20,000 nucleotides of DNA from positions 61,218 through 81,217 of the IMG/VR virus record IMGVR_UViG_3300014073_000002. One strand, 5' to 3'. Below, piece after piece: positions 17,646 to 20,000 of the stretch. Position 1 is the first letter of the stretch. Every line of letters begins with the position of its first letter. This DNA is from an uncultured virus (IMG/VR IMGVR_UViG_3300014073_000002) (Duplodnaviria > Heunggongvirae > Uroviricota > Caudoviricetes). A program made the translations under genes and the position numbers. The notes under the pieces are model-generated. The model was not told where the DNA came from, did no database searches, and was given only the letters and a program-made list of their open reading frames with translations.

Positions 17646-17741
17646 GATTTAGATTTACCTATTATTTTATTAAAAAGATTTAAAATTAAACTATAATCTG
17701 CATAATAATAGTATTTAAACGTGATTAATTCCACTTTCTTT

Positions 17742-18389
17742 ATGACATTTATTGTTGCAATTCAATTAAACGATAGCATTATCATAGCTTCAGATAATAA
17801 GAAAATTACAATATCAGAAGATGGATCTTTAAATATATCTAATGAAAATCTTTCAAAAATGTTCCCGTGGAAAAAGGGGATAATTACGGGCACAGGTGAA
17901 TATTATGTTATCAGTCGTAGTGTGAAAATATTTAATAATTATAAAGATCTACCACCTGAATATTTATCAGATTGCTTGGATGTTTCCAGAAGATTAAGAG
18001 AATTTGAAATAGGTAAGGGATATTATCAAGTAGCAAATACTAAACTTATGTATTCATCCTATACAGAAAAAGGCGCACAGCTTTATCGGGTTGAAGCTTT
18101 TGATCCTAATGAGCCGTATCAAGTCACGGCAGCGGAGCCAATGGATATAACTATTTGGTTATTTAATCCTTCTGTTGAAACGATTGCTGTCAATTTGCAT
18201 GATTTATACGAGGATTTAAAAGATAGGGCTTTTTTTAATAATAATAATGAATGGATTAATTACTATATTAAGCGCTTAGCTCCGATTTTTAAAAAACAAA
18301 GTCAACAAGATTGGCTAATGAGTCAAAGCTTTGATGTGTTTTTTCAGACTAAAGATCAATCCATATACGACCAAATACAGAACACTTAG
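17742..18389 (+). CDS. putative Ntn-hydrolase (proteasome-beta/HslV/Anbu-like fold) protein
   Basis: From ATG 17742: M-T1-FIVAI…IIIAS-D17-N-K…SK…GTG, the proteasome-beta N-terminal pattern. Confidence 0.55.
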   Translation: MTFIVAIQLNDSIIIASDNKKITISEDGSLNISNENLSKMFPWKKGIITGTGEYYVISRSVKIFNNYKDLPPEYLSDCLDVSRRLREFEIGKGYYQVANTKLMYSSYTEKGAQLYRVEAFDPNEPYQVTAAEPMDITIWLFNPSVETIAVNLHDLYEDLKDRAFFNNNNEWINYYIKRLAPIFKKQSQQDWLMSQSFDVFFQTKDQSIYDQIQNT

Positions 18390-18445
18390 ATTGTTAAGTA
18401 TTTATTTATTGTCAATTTTTTTTTACAATTAAAAATTATGAATTA

Positions 18446-18474
18446 TTGACAGTTGTTAAACCGATCATTATTCT
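18446..18474 (+). promoter_or_regulatory. sigma70 promoter for the C4/TetR unit
   Basis: TTGACA 18446-18451, 17-nt spacer, TATTCT 18469-18474. Confidence 0.7.
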
Positions 18475-18503
18475 TCACATTCTGGCCACATTGCCAGGCA
18501 GTC

Positions 18504-18524
18504 TTGACGGACTGTTTAACTCTC
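18504..18524 (+). promoter_or_regulatory. C4 antisense target sites (a1/b1-like)
   Basis: TTGACGGAC (18504-12) is complementary to GTCCGTCAA (18637-45); TAACTCTC (18517-24) is complementary to GAGAGTTA (18626-33). Confidence 0.7.
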
Positions 18525-18582
18525 GCATCAGAGCTTATCCTTTTCTGAGGATTTGTCTTAGATGTACCACTCGTCCCCTCTC

Positions 18583-18666
18583 GTAGCGGTAGGACGGGAG
18601 AGGGACACCTTCGGGTGTGCTGGTAGAGAGTTACTGGTCCGTCAACCTTCTTCCGTTCTGCCACCA
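18583..18666 (+). ncRNA. C4-like antisense RNA (P1 C4 / P4 CI type)
   Basis: Outer stem GGTAGGACGGGA/TTCCGTTCTGCC; ACACC-TTCG-GGTGT hairpin; second hairpin with GAGAGT loop; single-stranded CCGTCAACC; ends in CCACCA. Confidence 0.75.
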
Positions 18667-18899
18667 GTTTCATAATGTCATGGCAGAAATCCAAATTTAA
18701 GTATTGGAGTACTACCGCCGTGACCATTAAATACAACACAACTTAAATATTATCTATTTGTTTGGCATCTTATTTGTTGTCAAACTTTTTGTCGTTTCAT
18801 TTCTAAAAATCCAATATTAATTTTGGGTTGTGCTTAATCACAACCTAATGAGTTTCTGCATGCTTTATTTACTGAATAAATTCGTTAAGGACGTTAATT

Positions 18900-19466
18900 A
18901 TGTCTAATAAAATAAGTAATAATAAAATATTAAATTTATTTCAAACATCTTGCATGCTTTTCACTCAATACGGCTTTCATAATGTAGGTGTAAATACAAT
19001 TGTAAATGAAGGCAGTATTTCTAAAATGACCCTTTATAAATACTTCCCCTCAAAGGAGAAATTAATAAATGCATGTGTAAAATATCAAAAGGAAAAACTA
19101 ACCGAACAAATCATTCATATCAAAGATTTAACTCATGATATTTCGGAAGTTGATAAATTAAAAAAGATATTTTTTACACATACTGACTTGAAAGGTGATT
19201 ATTTCTTACTTTTCAAAGGAATTTATGAAATTAAAAACGATTTTCCAGAAGCTTATAAATTTATCTTAATTTATAGAAATTGGTTAATTAATCAAATTTT
19301 TGAACTGATTAGCACGATCAAGGAAAGTGCCACCAAACATGATGCACTTTTGTTGTTATATATAATGGATGGAACGTTAACCCAACTTCTAAGTACTGAT
19401 AACATTGATGAAAGAGACAGTATGTTTCGATATTTTTTAATGGCTGCATTTGAGCTAAGTAATTAA
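18900..19466 (+). CDS. TetR/AcrR-family transcriptional regulator
   Basis: LFTQYGFHNVGVNTIV…ISKMTLYKYFPSKEKL HTH; RBS AAGGA. Confidence 0.9.
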   Translation: MSNKISNNKILNLFQTSCMLFTQYGFHNVGVNTIVNEGSISKMTLYKYFPSKEKLINACVKYQKEKLTEQIIHIKDLTHDISEVDKLKKIFFTHTDLKGDYFLLFKGIYEIKNDFPEAYKFILIYRNWLINQIFELISTIKESATKHDALLLLYIMDGTLTQLLSTDNIDERDSMFRYFLMAAFELSN

Positions 19467-19486
19467 AAAAGCCCTCAAGGGAGGGC
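19465..19486 (-). terminator. intrinsic terminator between convergent tetR and DUF4209 genes
   Basis: AAAAAA-GCCCTC-aagg-GAGGGC. Confidence 0.7.
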
Positions 19487-19500
19487 AATTACTGCAAAAA

Positions 19501-20000
19501 TCAACCAAAGTTAATTTGTTTATAATGCCAGTTCTTTAGAATTATTCTTAACGTCATCCACCAAGCGTATATGCATCCAACTGAACTTGTAGCTTCAGCA
19601 TCATCCAATAAACCATGAGCAACATTATTTCTTAAGTTAAACCCATGTACTTTACAAAAAATAAATTCAATCTCAAACGAAAGATTTTTACCAAAAATAT
19701 CTACAATTTTGGGGTCTTTCATTAATGTACTTAATCCATTTTCATTTGTTGCACCATCCTCACCACGTGTTAGGGTTATTGAACCCATTTTATTTAACTC
19801 ATTTCTGACTATATTTTCAATTTGTGGGCAAAGTAAGTGTATTGAAGCAGCAAATTCGTATTCAAACCCATACCAAAGTGCATCAACCATTAACATGATT
19901 CGGTCACGTGGAATAATCGGTGATGCTTCGCAAATAGCCCTTAATAGATCTTTGCTAATTCTATATTCATGAGTTATTTGCTCTAAAGCAGGCATAATCA
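19501..20000 (-). CDS. DUF4209 / HEPN-like domain protein, 3' part (5' end outside the window)
   Basis: ASIHLLCPQIENIVR and GFNLRNNVAHGL (RxxxxH) motifs; frame open to the window edge. Confidence 0.75.
   Translation of the reverse strand, partial: IMPALEQITHEYRISKDLLRAICEASPIIPRDRIMLMVDALWYGFEYEFAASIHLLCPQIENIVRNELNKMGSITLTRGEDGATNENGLSTLMKDPKIVDIFGKNLSFEIEFIFCKVHGFNLRNNVAHGLLDDAEATSSVGCIYAWWMTLRIILKNWHYKQINFG

Noticed and set aside
18443..18739. 98-aa minus-strand ORF
   Set aside because: It overlaps the promoter and C4-like RNA on the opposite strand; the structured RNA explains the region better

Overview
AT-rich DNA that looks like Acinetobacter (UmuDAb-type SOS box, Acinetobacter-type VgrG tail). 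It has two parts. (1) Bases 1-13350, all + strand: a morphogenesis and anti-restriction region of a P1-like temperate phage or phage-plasmid. It encodes Hdf-like, gp26/gp25-like, BplA, wedge, BplB-like, hub, gpV spike, portal, Tub-like and DarA-like proteins, plus a 1002-aa polyvalent protein (LPD1/HExxH + inorganic pyrophosphatase + ParB-like). Four transcription units each start with an identically spaced motif, TGGAAT-N29-(C/G)ANAAT, followed by an inverted repeat; this is a candidate late-promoter code. (2) Bases 13350-20000, accessory cargo: a membrane protein; a solo umuC with a UmuDAb-type box; an orphan T6SS cassette (66-aa VgrG C-terminal stub, DUF4123 adaptor, putative co-chaperone, Tox-REase-5 nuclease, Imm52); a proteasome-beta/Ntn-like protein; a C4-like antisense RNA with its a1/b1 targets upstream of a TetR gene; and a partial DUF4209/HEPN-like gene. 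All family calls come from motifs recognised by eye; no database search was run.
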